DNA from: Octopus bimaculoides | Lineage: Eukaryota | Length of the DNA stretch: 64,000 nucleotides | Direction of reading: 5' to 3' | Assembly: GCF_001194135.2 (NCBI RefSeq) | Contig: NC_068982.1 | Coordinates: forward strand, 41,176,257 to 41,240,256 | Shown: piece after piece, positions 52,733-64,000 of the stretch | How positions within the stretch are numbered: the stretch's first letter is position 1 | How the letters are laid out: each line of letters starts with the position of its first letter | The notes under the pieces: model-generated | Databases searched by the model: none | Seen by the model: the letters and a program-made list of their open reading frames with translations, nothing else | What the model was told of the DNA's origin: nothing | Position numbers and translations under genes: made by a program

Positions 52733-52960
52733 CTGAAAATTGAGAAAAAGGAGTTTGATCATTGATAGCAACAATAGACAAAACTAAATGATGAGGTGAT
52801 GACAGCGTTAGCAGAGGAAGATATAATTCATCTGCAACAAGACAGAACAAAAGAATATCAGAATATCATCTGAGTCAGTAAAACCATCTAACATTATAAT
52901 ATGAATCCACAACTCAAACCTATATGCTATTGCTATACTGAATTGAGACACTTTCATTTA

Positions 52961-53392
52961 TAATCCTTTACCATTCAGATTACTCCATCTAATGTAATTC
53001 TTATTTTTTCACATTGTTTTTAATTATTCGTGTATTATCTGATAACTTTGAAATTTTGACGATTGTTTTTAGAATGGCATTGTAGGATAGGGTGAGAGGC
53101 TGGTTCTGGCCAGTTTGAACACAAAACAGGTAGAATATTTTGTCTGGATATGGCCTATTTAAATGCTAATGGTTAACCCTTTAGCATTTAAACCAGCCAT
53201 ATCAGACCAATATTCTACCCATTTTATGTTCAAACCAGCCAGATCTGTTCTCCCACACCTACTCTACAATGTTATTCAACAAATAATTACATCATTGAAA
53301 TGTTGATGCTACAAGATAATGCAAGAGTAATTCTAAACAATGTGTTGAAATAAGTGTAACATTTGACAGTAACCTGAATACTGAAGAGTTAA
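52961..53392. mobile_element. Two inverted copies of a TTAA-flanked MITE (ends ttaaccctttagcatt / aatgctaaagggttaa) sharing one TTAA at 53173-53176
   Basis: Each copy is about 215 bp. Other family members at about 21055-21282, 28250-28477, 35420-35610, 35680-35880, 49370-49555, 57335-57495 and 58939-59160. Confidence 0.75.
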
Positions 53393-54828
53393 AGTAACTT
53401 CTGAAAAACTAGTGCCAACCACTTCAACATAAAATATGTAAAATTATTTCATATTTAAAGCAACCATGGGCAACTTGTGGCTTGCAGGACTTAGTGAATG
53501 GCATGCCTAAATGGAAAATTACCTTGAATGCTTTTTAATAGGATGGCCTGTTACTTGAAAACAGTTGCCCATGCCTGGTTTCAAGTGAAACAAATAATAT
53601 ACCTAGCTCCAAAACACAATGCAAAGCTTGTAGTAGGATTTGAACCATGAAGTTGAGACAGCTAGTGGAACTTCATGATTAAACAATAACAGACATCAAT
53701 AAAAGGCTTGAGGAGGTTTGTTCAACAAAACCCAAGTCAGAAGATGGTGAACTATATGCTAATAATTCTAGAGCTGTTTGCACATAGAAAATTGGGAAAC
53801 TGAAAAGAAGTGTAGTAAAGGTACTGTTAATCATCCTCAAAGACTACAAATAAAAAGTGATTCACTGAAACAGCTGTAAAGATATAAGCATTTCTTGCTA
53901 ACTGGTAATACTTGTTTTTACTTTAAAGCATGCAAACAATGTATTTGACTTATAAATACAAAGTTTAGTATACAATAAATAGTTTAACCATATTAAGAAT
54001 GTACCTAATTAAGAGAGAATACCATATCAATAAATAATTAAAATGATTAGTATATCATTTGTCTTGTGCAGGAAAACCAAAAATATGATTGCAACATTTC
54101 ATATCATTGTGAGGAATCACGAAGAGATTGAATATATCCAGGATTTAAAACATTCCAACCATGACTATACTGTTGAAAGTGTTCACCCTTTTTAAAAAGA
54201 AACAGGTGCTGGTGCCACATAAAAAGCACGCACTACACTCTTAAGTGGTTGACATTGGGGGCATCCAACCATAGAAACTATGTCAAAACAGACAATTGGA
54301 GCCTGGTACAGTTCTCTGGTTGGCCAGCTCCTGTCAAACTGTCCAACCCATGCCAGCATGGAAAACAGTTGTTAAATGATGATAGTGTAATTTGAAAGAA
54401 TATTAGCTTTTATTTCTGGCAGATAGAAATGCTAAAAAAGTATTTTGTCCAGCGGGCTAAACGATTCTGCCAGCTCACTGCAGTAGGAGATCTTTAATAA
54501 TACAAATAATATATTAATGCATTCCAATGAAATTGGGTAAAAATGCTTTTATGTTTAGAAGAGCTGAACACAGAACAAAATCATTTTATGTGTGTGTGGG
54601 GGGGGGGGTTATAAACTATTATTTTTAAATCAGTTTACGATGAGTTTATACACTATGAAATAAATCTTGAAGGAATTAAATGTAGATCATTGTTTGAAAA
54701 GAAATTAGGTTAGCTGCTTGGATCTTTGTTACCACCCATGCAAGAGAATGGCAGAATGAAATTTAAGAAATTGGTTAAGAAACGATTTTGAATGACCACT
54801 GGGCAAAAGTGATCCAGCAGAGTGGATA

Positions 54829-55048
54829 TGAAGGAGTGCTGACAAGATTCTGGCTTTAGGAGTTTAACAAAAGACCTGGTTGGAGGCCCAACCTTCTGAC
54901 TTCTTTTATAGGGCTTAGAAAAACTGAAGGACTGCTGCAATAAGTGAGTAAATCTGAGAGGGGAATTTGTTGAATAAAATCATAATTAACTGATCCTCCT
55001 GTATTTTCTTTAACCCAAAACCAAGAACTTTTCAGCACAGCCACTTTT
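54829..55048. mobile_element. Third copy of the 218-bp mariner-type MITE, inverted
   Basis: Reverse complement of 1329-1546. ORF 54856-55116 translates like ORF 1312-1554. Confidence 0.75.
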
Positions 55049-55322
55049 ATAAAAACTATAATTTTAGCTATATATACACAAAAAAAGAAAAAAGTTACTG
55101 CAATAGTGATGATCAATAAAGCCAGTAATGATTAGATGTTGAGTTCATGGAGAACAAGTATAAACAAAAGCCAATTCAGTAGAGTTACCTAGTAATTTAT
55201 TTAAATAGAAATGTTGGCTTTACTTTCAGTATCCCAGTGATGAAGACCAAATGATCATAATTTCAATAAGACTGTACATAAGACAAGTCTACAGTTTTAC
55301 TGGAAAATAAATCAATACTTAC

Positions 55323-56732
55323 GACGATGAAAGACAACTTTTTGAAGTTTCACAATCAGAGTCAAACTGCTGATGATGACGTATCGCACTTTTTCTCCTT
55401 TCACTCCAAGGATATTTATGAACCAGAGAAGAGGAATTTATATCATACTTTGTACTATTGCTGAAAGATTGATGGTATGCTGGGATCTTACAAAGCTCAG
55501 TCACATGTTCAGGAGAAGGATTTTTGATAAAGTCAGATGTATCAATCTCATTATCAATATAAGATTGATAACTAATCTTAGGTTTGCTGTTAATTGCTTC
55601 TATTGATAGCCCACTTAAATATGTTGGCACTTTATTTAACAGAACTTCATCATCTGATCCATCATTGTCTATACTCATATCTTTTTCATCTGATTTATAA
55701 AGAGGATCCTCCTCCATGGGGGAGTTTTCATTATTAGATGTATTCTCATTAACTGCTTGATCACTAATTTTTGTTGTTGAAGGACTATCCACAGAGGTTT
55801 TAACTGGTTCAGAAATAAATAAAAAATCATTTTCATTTAAAATACTTTCTTTTAGATTATCATCGTTTTCATAAGATATATTTACTGTTGTTTCATTAGG
55901 GAAGTTACAGAAATTTTCATAAGTTTTTTGATTGTGTCTTAAAGACGGTGATATCAACAAATCCAGAGAATTTTTGAGATTAAAATGGTTCTGATCAATT
56001 GTTTTTAAACTAGTAAAATCTAACATATCAGAGTCTAAGATCCCTTCAACATCTGTAGAAGAAATCTTCTCCAATTCTTTATCATTAGGATAATCAAAAA
56101 TACAAGCATTGATTGCTTCATCTGTAGGACAAGACAACAAACCACATGGATTCAAGTGACCTAGAGGACTATTTACATTGCAATGTTTTACATAGTTTGC
56201 AGTCAAATTGTCTTCACTTAAGTGACAACACATCTGACAGGGTACAACATCAGGAAAAACATCATCATTGCATTTCTCACCAGAATTAGGTTTCGGGAAG
56301 AAATCCTTACACATATCACAAGTGCGAAAATCATGATTGTCAACATTTCGACAATCAAATGGATTTTCACTGCTAACATAATCATGCAGGGCACTTAATC
56401 CACAAGATGATATATTCTGTTTTTCAACAGATTCAAAGTCTGAAGAGACTTCAGCTGTTTCTCGTTTTTCTTCATGAAGCACATCCTTTGTATCATCAGA
56501 ACTAACAGGTAGGGGTGAAGATGTTGAATTAGCTGTCTGTACATTTGAAGAACTAGAATTTTCATTTTCAAGTTTTAAGCTATTAGTTTGTGGATCGTTA
56601 GAAAAATATTCCTGCGTATTAGGGTTATCTGAGTCTTTGTTTGTATTGCTCACAGAATTATCTAAGCATTGGTCATCACTAATTTTTTTCTTTTTCTTTG
56701 GAATTATAAATGACCTTCTTGTTGATGATGTT

Positions 56733-56777
<45 letters not shown>

Positions 56778-57198
56778 CTCTTTTCTTTAGGAATAAATCT
56801 AGGACAATTAAGTGTGTAGTCATGATCCCTTAAATGACTATAATAGGGCTTATACTGAATAGTTTGCTTCTTAGAAGAGTTATTATTGTTATTATCTTGA
56901 CTTTTTAATGAACTTAATTCAACATATCTTGTTAAATTTTGAGGCTTCAGTAAGTCTGGAAATTCATCTGCCGAAGCACTTTTTTTAACTGGCCTTGTAA
57001 AAGATAATTCTGGTAGAACAATTGGTGGTATAGAGTCTTTTGTATCATTTAATGCAGAGTTTCCAGTTTGGTTAGTTTCACTATTTGGTTTAATTGTTTG
57101 GTTTCCAGCCAATTTAGAACTGACAGGCTTCAACACATTTGACTGGAGTGGATCTGAATTCTCAACATCAGTAATTGATGCCACATTAACTTGGTTTT
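55323..57198 (-). CDS. PPARGC1: PGC-1-like large central exon (1876 nt) with DHDY motif, poly-Thr, PKKKKK, Cys/His-rich and acidic segments
   Basis: Coincides with the 621-aa ORF. tttcag acceptor at 57199-57204 and gtaagt donor at 55322-55317. DHDY is at 56827-56816 and fits the D/EHxY HCF-1-binding motif of the PGC-1 family. Phase 1 to 2. Confidence 0.93.
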
Positions 57199-58524
57199 CT
57201 GAAATATATATATATATATATATCTATATAAAAAAATGCTAATTAGGATATATAAATAACATTCATTTCTCAGTATTTTTTTTTTTTTGTGGATATTTTC
57301 TTATCCTGTACAGTTTTAAAATCACACACAACCCTTTAGTATTTAAACTGATTGGTTCTAGCCTATCACACCTACCCTACAATGTCATTCTAAAACTGAA
57401 CAATCACATCTCCTTGAAATTTTCAAGTTACAAGATAATGCAAGATTAATTCAAAACATGAATGAATAAACATAATCTGAACACCAAAGGGTTAAATTTA
57501 CTTTCTTTTACGTGGTTCAGTCATTTGACCGTAGCCATGCTGGAGCACCACCTTAAAGGATCTTAGTCGAAGAAATCAACCCCAGGACTTATTCTTTGTA
57601 AGCCTAGTATTTATTCTATCAGTCTGTTTTGCCAATCCACCAAGTTATGGGGACATAAACACACCACCATCAGTTGTCAAGCAATGATGTGGGGACAAAC
57701 ACAGGCACAAAAACACATTTTTTCAGTTTCCATCTACCAAAAAATCCATTCACAAGGCTTTGGTTAGCCCAAAGCTGCAGGAGACACCTGTCCAAGGTGC
57801 CATGCAGTGGGACTGAACCCAGAACTACGTGGTTGGGAAGCAAGCTTCTTACTAGTCATGCCTGTACCTTTTTATAAGCAAATATTTAGCATTTTTTGTT
57901 TCTATTCAAAAACTGGCTGTTCTTTTACAGTGCTAGATATACCTTGAATTTGATATATATTTTACAAATAGGGTCCAACCCATGCTAGCATGGAAAGTGG
58001 GCGTTAAACGATGAGGATGATGTATGGTCAATAAGTTTGTATTTCAGTTGTCTAGTTTGGGATTTAATTCTAATGCATGGTACCTTAGGCAAGTGTCTCT
58101 TACCATAACCTTAGGTGGGCCGAAACTTTGCGATATTTGGTAGATGGAAACTGTGTGGAAGCCTGTCAGAGATAATGTTTCTCCTCTTGAGTGGTAGTCT
58201 TAATCTGCTGCCCAGTTTAACATCACCACAAGTCTCTTGGGTGCATTCAGCAGAGTTTATTGCTGCCAGTTTTTGGACCAAATCTCCATTAGTGAATAAC
58301 TTACCCCTATCGGGTTTGTAGCTCTTGAACAAATAGTCATGGACACTGAGTATGTAAAAATATTGTAATTAAAACCAGTGAAAAATTTTATCAACCCCAA
58401 AAACATGTATTTTACACACTTGTAGCAAATAATTTGTGGTAAAAATAAAATGCCAAATTATTTACATTACATTTATGTCTTACAATTTTAAGATATACCC
58501 TGAATACAAAGAAATAATACTTAC

Positions 58525-58817
58525 GATTCGATGTGCCATGAACAACATTGGTACCATTGCACTGCACATCAGTTACAAGCTTCATTTTATTGACTCTAGG
58601 ATCTCTGAGTAATGAAGACACAGGAATGCCATGTCTATTTTTAACTAATTTTTTTACAATACCATTAGACACTAGTGATAATTTTCTTGGAAGTGAATTT
58701 TCATTTCTAGTTGCAGATACAGTAATTGTTGGAGTTGGATGGGAAAAGCCATCAGTTTTGTATGCTGTAATATTCTGGAAACTTGTAGGTATTAATGAAA
58801 TACTTGATGTCTTTGCA
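58525..58817 (-). CDS. PPARGC1: PGC-1-like exon (AKTSSISLIPTSF...VSSLLRDPRVNKMKLVTDVQCNGTNVVHGTSN)
   Basis: ctacag acceptor, gtaagt donor, frame fully open, phase 2 to 1. Confidence 0.88.
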
Positions 58818-60298
58818 CTGTAGATAGGAAAAAGAAAAAGAAAAATTTTTAGTATTGCTGTTCACTTATAGTTATACATATCACACAACCAAGATTGCAT
58901 CAAACATTCAATTCCTTTATGAGAACACAAAAAATATTTAACCCTTTAGCATTCAGATTATTCTGTCAAGCATGATGTTTATTTATTCAAATTGGTTTGA
59001 TTTAATTATGCATTATCTCACTAGTTCTAGATTTCAATCATGATTGTATAATTTGACAAGGACATCGTATAGGTGTGAGAAGCCACATCTGGTTGATTTG
59101 AACTTAAAACTGGTAGAATATTTGGGCCTGATATAGCCAGTTTAAATGCTAAAGAGCTGAAAACTCCAAACAATTACAGACTCTCAGCGACAAGCTTCAT
59201 TTTTCAATGAAGAACTGCACACAAATCGAGAGGTTTGTCTTCATTATATAACCTGATCAACAATTCTACACTTACTAACATACTGCAACAGCTTAAATAT
59301 TCTGCATCTGTGTCTTAAAGAGTTTGATTCTTGACTACATGGTTTCAGTTTCAGTCCTACTTCGTGACACCTTGAACAAGTGTCATCTACTACAGCCCCA
59401 AGCTGACTACAGCTTTTTGAGTGGTTTATGATAGATAGAAACTGAAAGAAACTCATTATATGAGTATGCATGCACATAAATGTGTCTTGAAATCACAATT
59501 GTTGTAAATGAATGTCAGTTCCAACATTGTGCAAAAACATGTTTGGCTATTGGGAAATATTACCTTACTTGGAAACAAGGGTTGGCACCAGGAAGGGCAG
59601 TCTGGCCATAGGATATCTGCCTCAATAAACTCCATCCAACCCATGCAATCTTGGAAAAGTGGACATGATAAATTATACATAAAAGAGTTTATTGGTTAAG
59701 AGCCCAGGAAATTCACTATATTCTTAACATGAGCAGAAGAAAAATTCAGTTGAACAGATAATAAATCAGACAGTATGCCAAGACTTTTCATGTGACTGGA
59801 ATACCTCCCCTCCCACTGATACTGACAAACCAATCATCTTCAACACTAAGATGTGGAATTTGCAAGCTGAAAATTCTGATTATAGGATGACGAGAAACTT
59901 CAGTCTCCATGCAGATAATTTCTAATCACTGTTCTACATGCTACTCATCTCAATGATAACCAAATTCCTTCCTTACATCATGAAGACATAGCCTTTCAGC
60001 CACAGTGAATGCAATCTGCCCAGTAAGCTGGTAATTCCAAACAAACTCATTGATAAATGTAAAAGATCCAACCTTTATCACACATAGGACAGGTTTTGCA
60101 AACCACAGTGAAGGCAACTCATCTAGGCGAGCAGTAGCCTTGAATAGAAACTGATAGAACAGAGTAGACTCCTTAATCCTATTGTAGACATACTCTTAGT
60201 CAGCTAGTTAACAGAAAAGGCTTCTAGCTGTAAAAATCATGCCACAAAATGAACAAATATGGAAAAATAAACATTCAAATCATTCAGCATATACTAAC

Positions 60299-60326
60299 CT
60301 TGTTAAATCTTGTACTGGTGGAAAGT
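60299..60326 (-). CDS. PPARGC1: PGC-1-like 28-nt micro-exon (DFPPVQDLTS)
   Basis: Strong pyrimidine tract ending in ctag, gttagt donor. It is the only phase 1 to 2 bridge I found between the flanking exons. Confidence 0.7.
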
Positions 60327-61797
60327 CTAGATTAAAAAGAAAACATAAATGGTAAAGAAATCATTAAAAAATATAAATGGCAGTACATTAATTCATGATT
60401 TAGTCAAACCTAAAAATTTTATTATTCAAAACTTGGTGACAAAAATTACTAATTACTTTCAATAAGCAATTGAAATAAATATCAATGGTTCAATTTATAG
60501 CTATATGTGATCTTTACTGAGTGTATTACATCTGAGACATTAACATTTTGTTATTTTACTCATCTACATGTACCTCTACATTTGCCCCTCCCTGAACTAC
60601 CACATGTCACTGCTATTTCCCACCGAGCCACACCTCCCACTACATTCACCTCTACCCTCACATCTAACCATCTGTTACTATCCCCTCCTGGATCCACTGC
60701 CTGTATCTTCTCTTGCTTCCTCAGGGTTTGGGCCTGGCAACTTATAGCTACCAAACATCCAGATATGCAAAGTAGCCATGTACCTTCTCCACAACAAGAC
60801 ACCTCTACTTCTACTTGGCATAAAATCTTTCCACTCTCTCAAATACTGCACCTCTTAATCAATGGGGCTTTTCCTTTCCCTTCTGCTGGTTCTTTCCTGT
60901 TTGCAAGCTACTTAGCAACCTTACCAATACTAGTGGCACGTAAAAAGCACCCAGTAAGCACTGTAAAGTAGTTGGCATTATGGAGGGCATACAGTCATAG
61001 AAATCATGCTTAAGCTGACATGAAGCAGCTCTGTAGCTCACTGGATTCTATCAAACCAGCCAACTCATGCCAGCATGTAAAGTAGGTTTTTAAATGATAA
61101 TGGGATAGCAGTAATGTATCTGCAACTGTAATGAATTGGCTAGCACAGATTACAAAGCTTTGAGTATTTAGTTAACTAGCTCATATTTGGGTTTGGCATG
61201 TTCCTTTTCAAACTTTGGTGCAACTCAACTCTTGTTAAAAATGCTCATGCTTTCAATATGTAGTAGTTTCTGTGTACACACCCAAGCTTACATCCCAACC
61301 CTACTGCAAACAGATTACTGAACTCGCTCACTTCTGACACTATTTTTAGCTTCCTCAAACATCCTCTTGAACAACTAACTCACTGCTAACCAGCTATCAA
61401 TAAAATGTCTTTTCAAGTTGAACAAATAAAATCTGTCTCACCAAAAGCATGGTATTCGGGGCCTTTTTTTTTTCGTTTTAATCTATTTTTCATCTGAGTA
61501 CAAACATCATCGAGTGGATCCTATTCAACCTAACTGTACCAATTTAACTTTCCATCTTGAGATTACATCTTTCATTCACACACATTTATTTTTACTCAAT
61601 ACTTTTTAGAAGAGTACATGTTTATTAAACTTCAAGTTCACTATCAACCCATTTTTTTTTTTTTGGTAAAAATCTAGTGGCTGTGGTAAGAAGCTTGCTT
61701 CCCAACTCTGCATAGCACCTCGGGCAAGTGTCTTCTACTATATAACCTCGGGTTGTGACCAAAGTTTGAAGAGTGAGAAAACTGAAAGAAACCCGTC

Positions 61798-61833
<36 letters not shown>

Positions 61834-62643
61834 CTTTGTGTTTAACAACCGATGACGCTGTATTCTCGTCCCCTAACTTAGCGGTCCGACAAAAAGAATA
61901 AGTACCAGGCTTTACAAAAAATTTAAAAAATAGTGGATTCGATTAGTTCAACTAAAATCCTACAAGGCGTTACCCCAGCAGTCTAATTAATGACTGAAAC
62001 AAGTAAAAAGATATATATATTCTCTTTTGTAAAAAATTTTTTTTTAAATTAGTGTCTAAACTTAAAGCCAATCTTGTATGGAAGATGTTATTGTAATTAA
62101 GAACTGATTGTTTAATTGGGTGGGGAGGGATGATGAGTGCGATAATTGAACTTTGAGCAAGAGGTACTAAACTAAAGAAAAAAACTTGATGCTGCCATGT
62201 GTCATCTGTTCTGAATAGATTATAAATAGCAGAGAAAGTTATAATGCCTTTCTTTATAGAGCAGCGACGAAAAGGAGGGGATGGGTAGCATGGGCACGAC
62301 AATCACCCTGCTTTTCAGTTCATGAGTGGTTGATAGTGTCTAGTCACACCTTTCCAACAGCAATTTCTCAGACCTTAAAAATAACGCCCGTCTCTAATAC
62401 CCATTTCTTTCGCTGCCTATTATAACGCCTAAGGACCCCCCCCCCTTCACTACATACAGATCATGGGTAAATTTTCAAAACAAAATTTACTTAGGTTACA
62501 ATAAAACTTTGTTGACGGACAAAAATCAATAGATGTACTATTTTTTTTTTTTTTTACATTTCGATTTAAAACGGTATTAAAGTATTTTGGTGTTTTTTTT
62601 TTAAAAATAAAACTGAAAAATATCTAGACAAAAAATCCCTTAC

Positions 62644-62712
62644 CCGAAGACGCTACAAAATCTTCAAATTGAGAGAGAAGTTTGTTATAAGATGTAGCTT
62701 CAATGACAACAC
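62644..62712 (-). CDS. PPARGC1: PGC-1/Spargel-like exon (VVIEATSYNKLLSQFEDFVASS)
   Basis: ttattccag acceptor, gtaagg donor, open frame, phase 1 to 1. Confidence 0.75.
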
Positions 62713-63165
62713 CTGGAATAAAATAGTCTTTGTTACTCAAAAGATAAATGTAAACTATAAAGTAAACGTTTTAGTTTAACAAACAATACTTTAGAAAATC
62801 CTAAATTTTTTTCTGTAATTATATTTAGTTTGTATTAATGCAGTTGTATCAATTACGGGAGAAAGTTATAATATAATATAGGAATGATATTATTCAGCCG
62901 AAGCACAGGGAAGTAGAATAAAGTTTAAAATCAAATAGCATTTAATATTTTAAGTTAATTCACGCAGAGGGTTTTATACTGGTATTGTAAGACGAGTAAT
63001 CAGACATTCAGACTAGTGCTTTTTCTCTTCAGGAATTAAGGAGACTTGACTGAAGTAAAAACAGCTGAAATAGCAGTGTTCGTATGCATGAGAGGAAACA
63101 ATCTTTAAAACTGAAACATTTTGTTAACCAAATCTTACAAAAGTTTATAAACAGTAAAAACTAAC

Positions 63166-63172
63166 GTTCCAT
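63166..63172 (-). CDS. PPARGC1: Tentative start-codon segment of the PGC-1-family gene (ATG GAA C|gttagt), within a candidate exon at 63166-63258
   Basis: The phase-1 GTTAGT donor joins the next exon in frame (MERVVIEATSYNKLLSQFEDF). A ttctttcag acceptor lies at 63259-63267. The gene could instead continue beyond the window. Confidence 0.4.
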
Positions 63173-63369
63173 GCAAGAATATATAATAAATAAAGATACG
63201 ACTAAGATTACTTCCAAAAATTGAATGATGTTGCTAAATACAAATGCATGCAAAATATCTGAAAGAAAAAAACTACGACAAAAAAGTTACTGACAAGCTG
63301 TTACTTTATTCTAATTGCCTTACATGCCGTTCTATTTTAATCCAAATCAGCAGATTTTGAAGAGAAGGC

Positions 63370-63470
63370 AGGACGTGTAAGCCGGAACATTTTCACTCAT
63401 ATCCAAACTAAAATGCGTACACGTGGTCAAGCCAACCTACATTTATTCTCTCATGACCTTCTCGAAAGCT
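63370..63470 (-). promoter_or_regulatory. Candidate promoter-proximal motif cluster of the PGC-1-like gene
   Basis: CCGGAA (ETS-type, 63382-63387), CACGTG E-box (63420-63425) and TGACCTT (AAGGTCA nuclear-receptor half-site, 63454-63460) in a repeat-free, CpG-containing stretch. These are short motifs and function is unproven. Confidence 0.25.
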
Positions 63471-64000
63471 TGCTTGTACAATTATTCATTGATTAAAAAA
63501 TATATATTTTCAAATTCATAACAAAACAATCATTTCTATATTAGATAACTTTGAATAATTATTCTTTTAACTCAACAACAATGATGTTCTCGTTAATCAT
63601 GGAAACTACACCTTGCTTATTCAAGCATACGAGGGAACAGAACAATGAAGCAGTTGTTCAGTACGCTAGAAATAGCAGCCAATCTTTAAGCGATACATCA
63701 TATTTTAAAAAAAAGGAGCATAGCTAATGTAATCCGAAAGAGAAAAAAAAAAGATGGGGTTTAGTAGCATTTGACCATTTTAAATTCAGGTTTTTAAAAA
63801 AATTTTATTATTCATTCTTTTGTTTATCACTTGTTACTGACATTTGAATACAATGGAAGAGATAATTACATTAATGGAGCTTGAGAGCAATCTATAAATA
63901 TTAAATTAAGGCGTAGTATAAAGACAATGATTTCATAACACTACTTGCAAAAGCTATTCCTAATATGTTCATAGTTCTGTTTAAGATCATCCAGCAGGTC

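Noticed and set aside
52389-52850. 153-aa ORF MFCLVADELY... on the minus strand
   Set aside because: Wrong frame of the real SR-rich exon. Splice phases and family similarity support the other frame.
60507-60971. 154-aa Pro/Thr/His-rich ORF
   Set aside because: Low-complexity C/T-rich intronic sequence running into an RTE-tail repeat. It is antisense to the PGC-1 gene and has no recognisable domain.
63020-63120. Plus-strand acceptor-like ttttctcttcag near 63032 suggesting a divergent gene
   Set aside because: No supporting donor or ORF, so a single splice-like motif is not enough.

Overview
AT-rich, microsatellite- and retroposon-laden eukaryotic DNA. The repeat families look like those of an Octopus (coleoid cephalopod) draft assembly; this is an inference. 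There are six N-gaps. Two intron-rich genes lie tail-to-tail, and I reconstructed both by hand with consistent GT-AG splice phases. (1) On + is the 3' part of a TBC1D14/TBC1D12-type Rab-GAP: 9 coding exons, 7011-29974, about 338 aa, with the 5' exons upstream of the window. (2) On - is a PGC-1/PRC/Spargel-family coactivator: 10 well-supported coding exons, 62712-43791, plus a tentative ATG-bearing exon near 63172, about 982 aa in total. It has a DHDY motif, an SR-rich region, an RRM and a C-terminal FxxLL. Introns and the intergenic space hold tRNA-derived SINEs, RTE and L1/Tx1-type LINE fragments, a full-length decayed mariner, Tc1 and DD37D-like fragments, and several MITE families. The most interesting observations are: a near-canonical type I hammerhead-ribozyme motif in sense orientation in a TBC1D14 intron (8432-8477), which a 37-bp upstream antisense arm could lock into an alternative hairpin; a second, Penelope-style minimal hammerhead-like motif (16418-16453, - strand); a Cys/His-rich segment inside the PGC-1 protein; a duplicated candidate 19-nt micro-exon; several long foldback structures; and the TBC1D14/PGC-1 adjacency, which mirrors the human 4p/10q paralogon. 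All functional claims are untested inferences from sequence alone.
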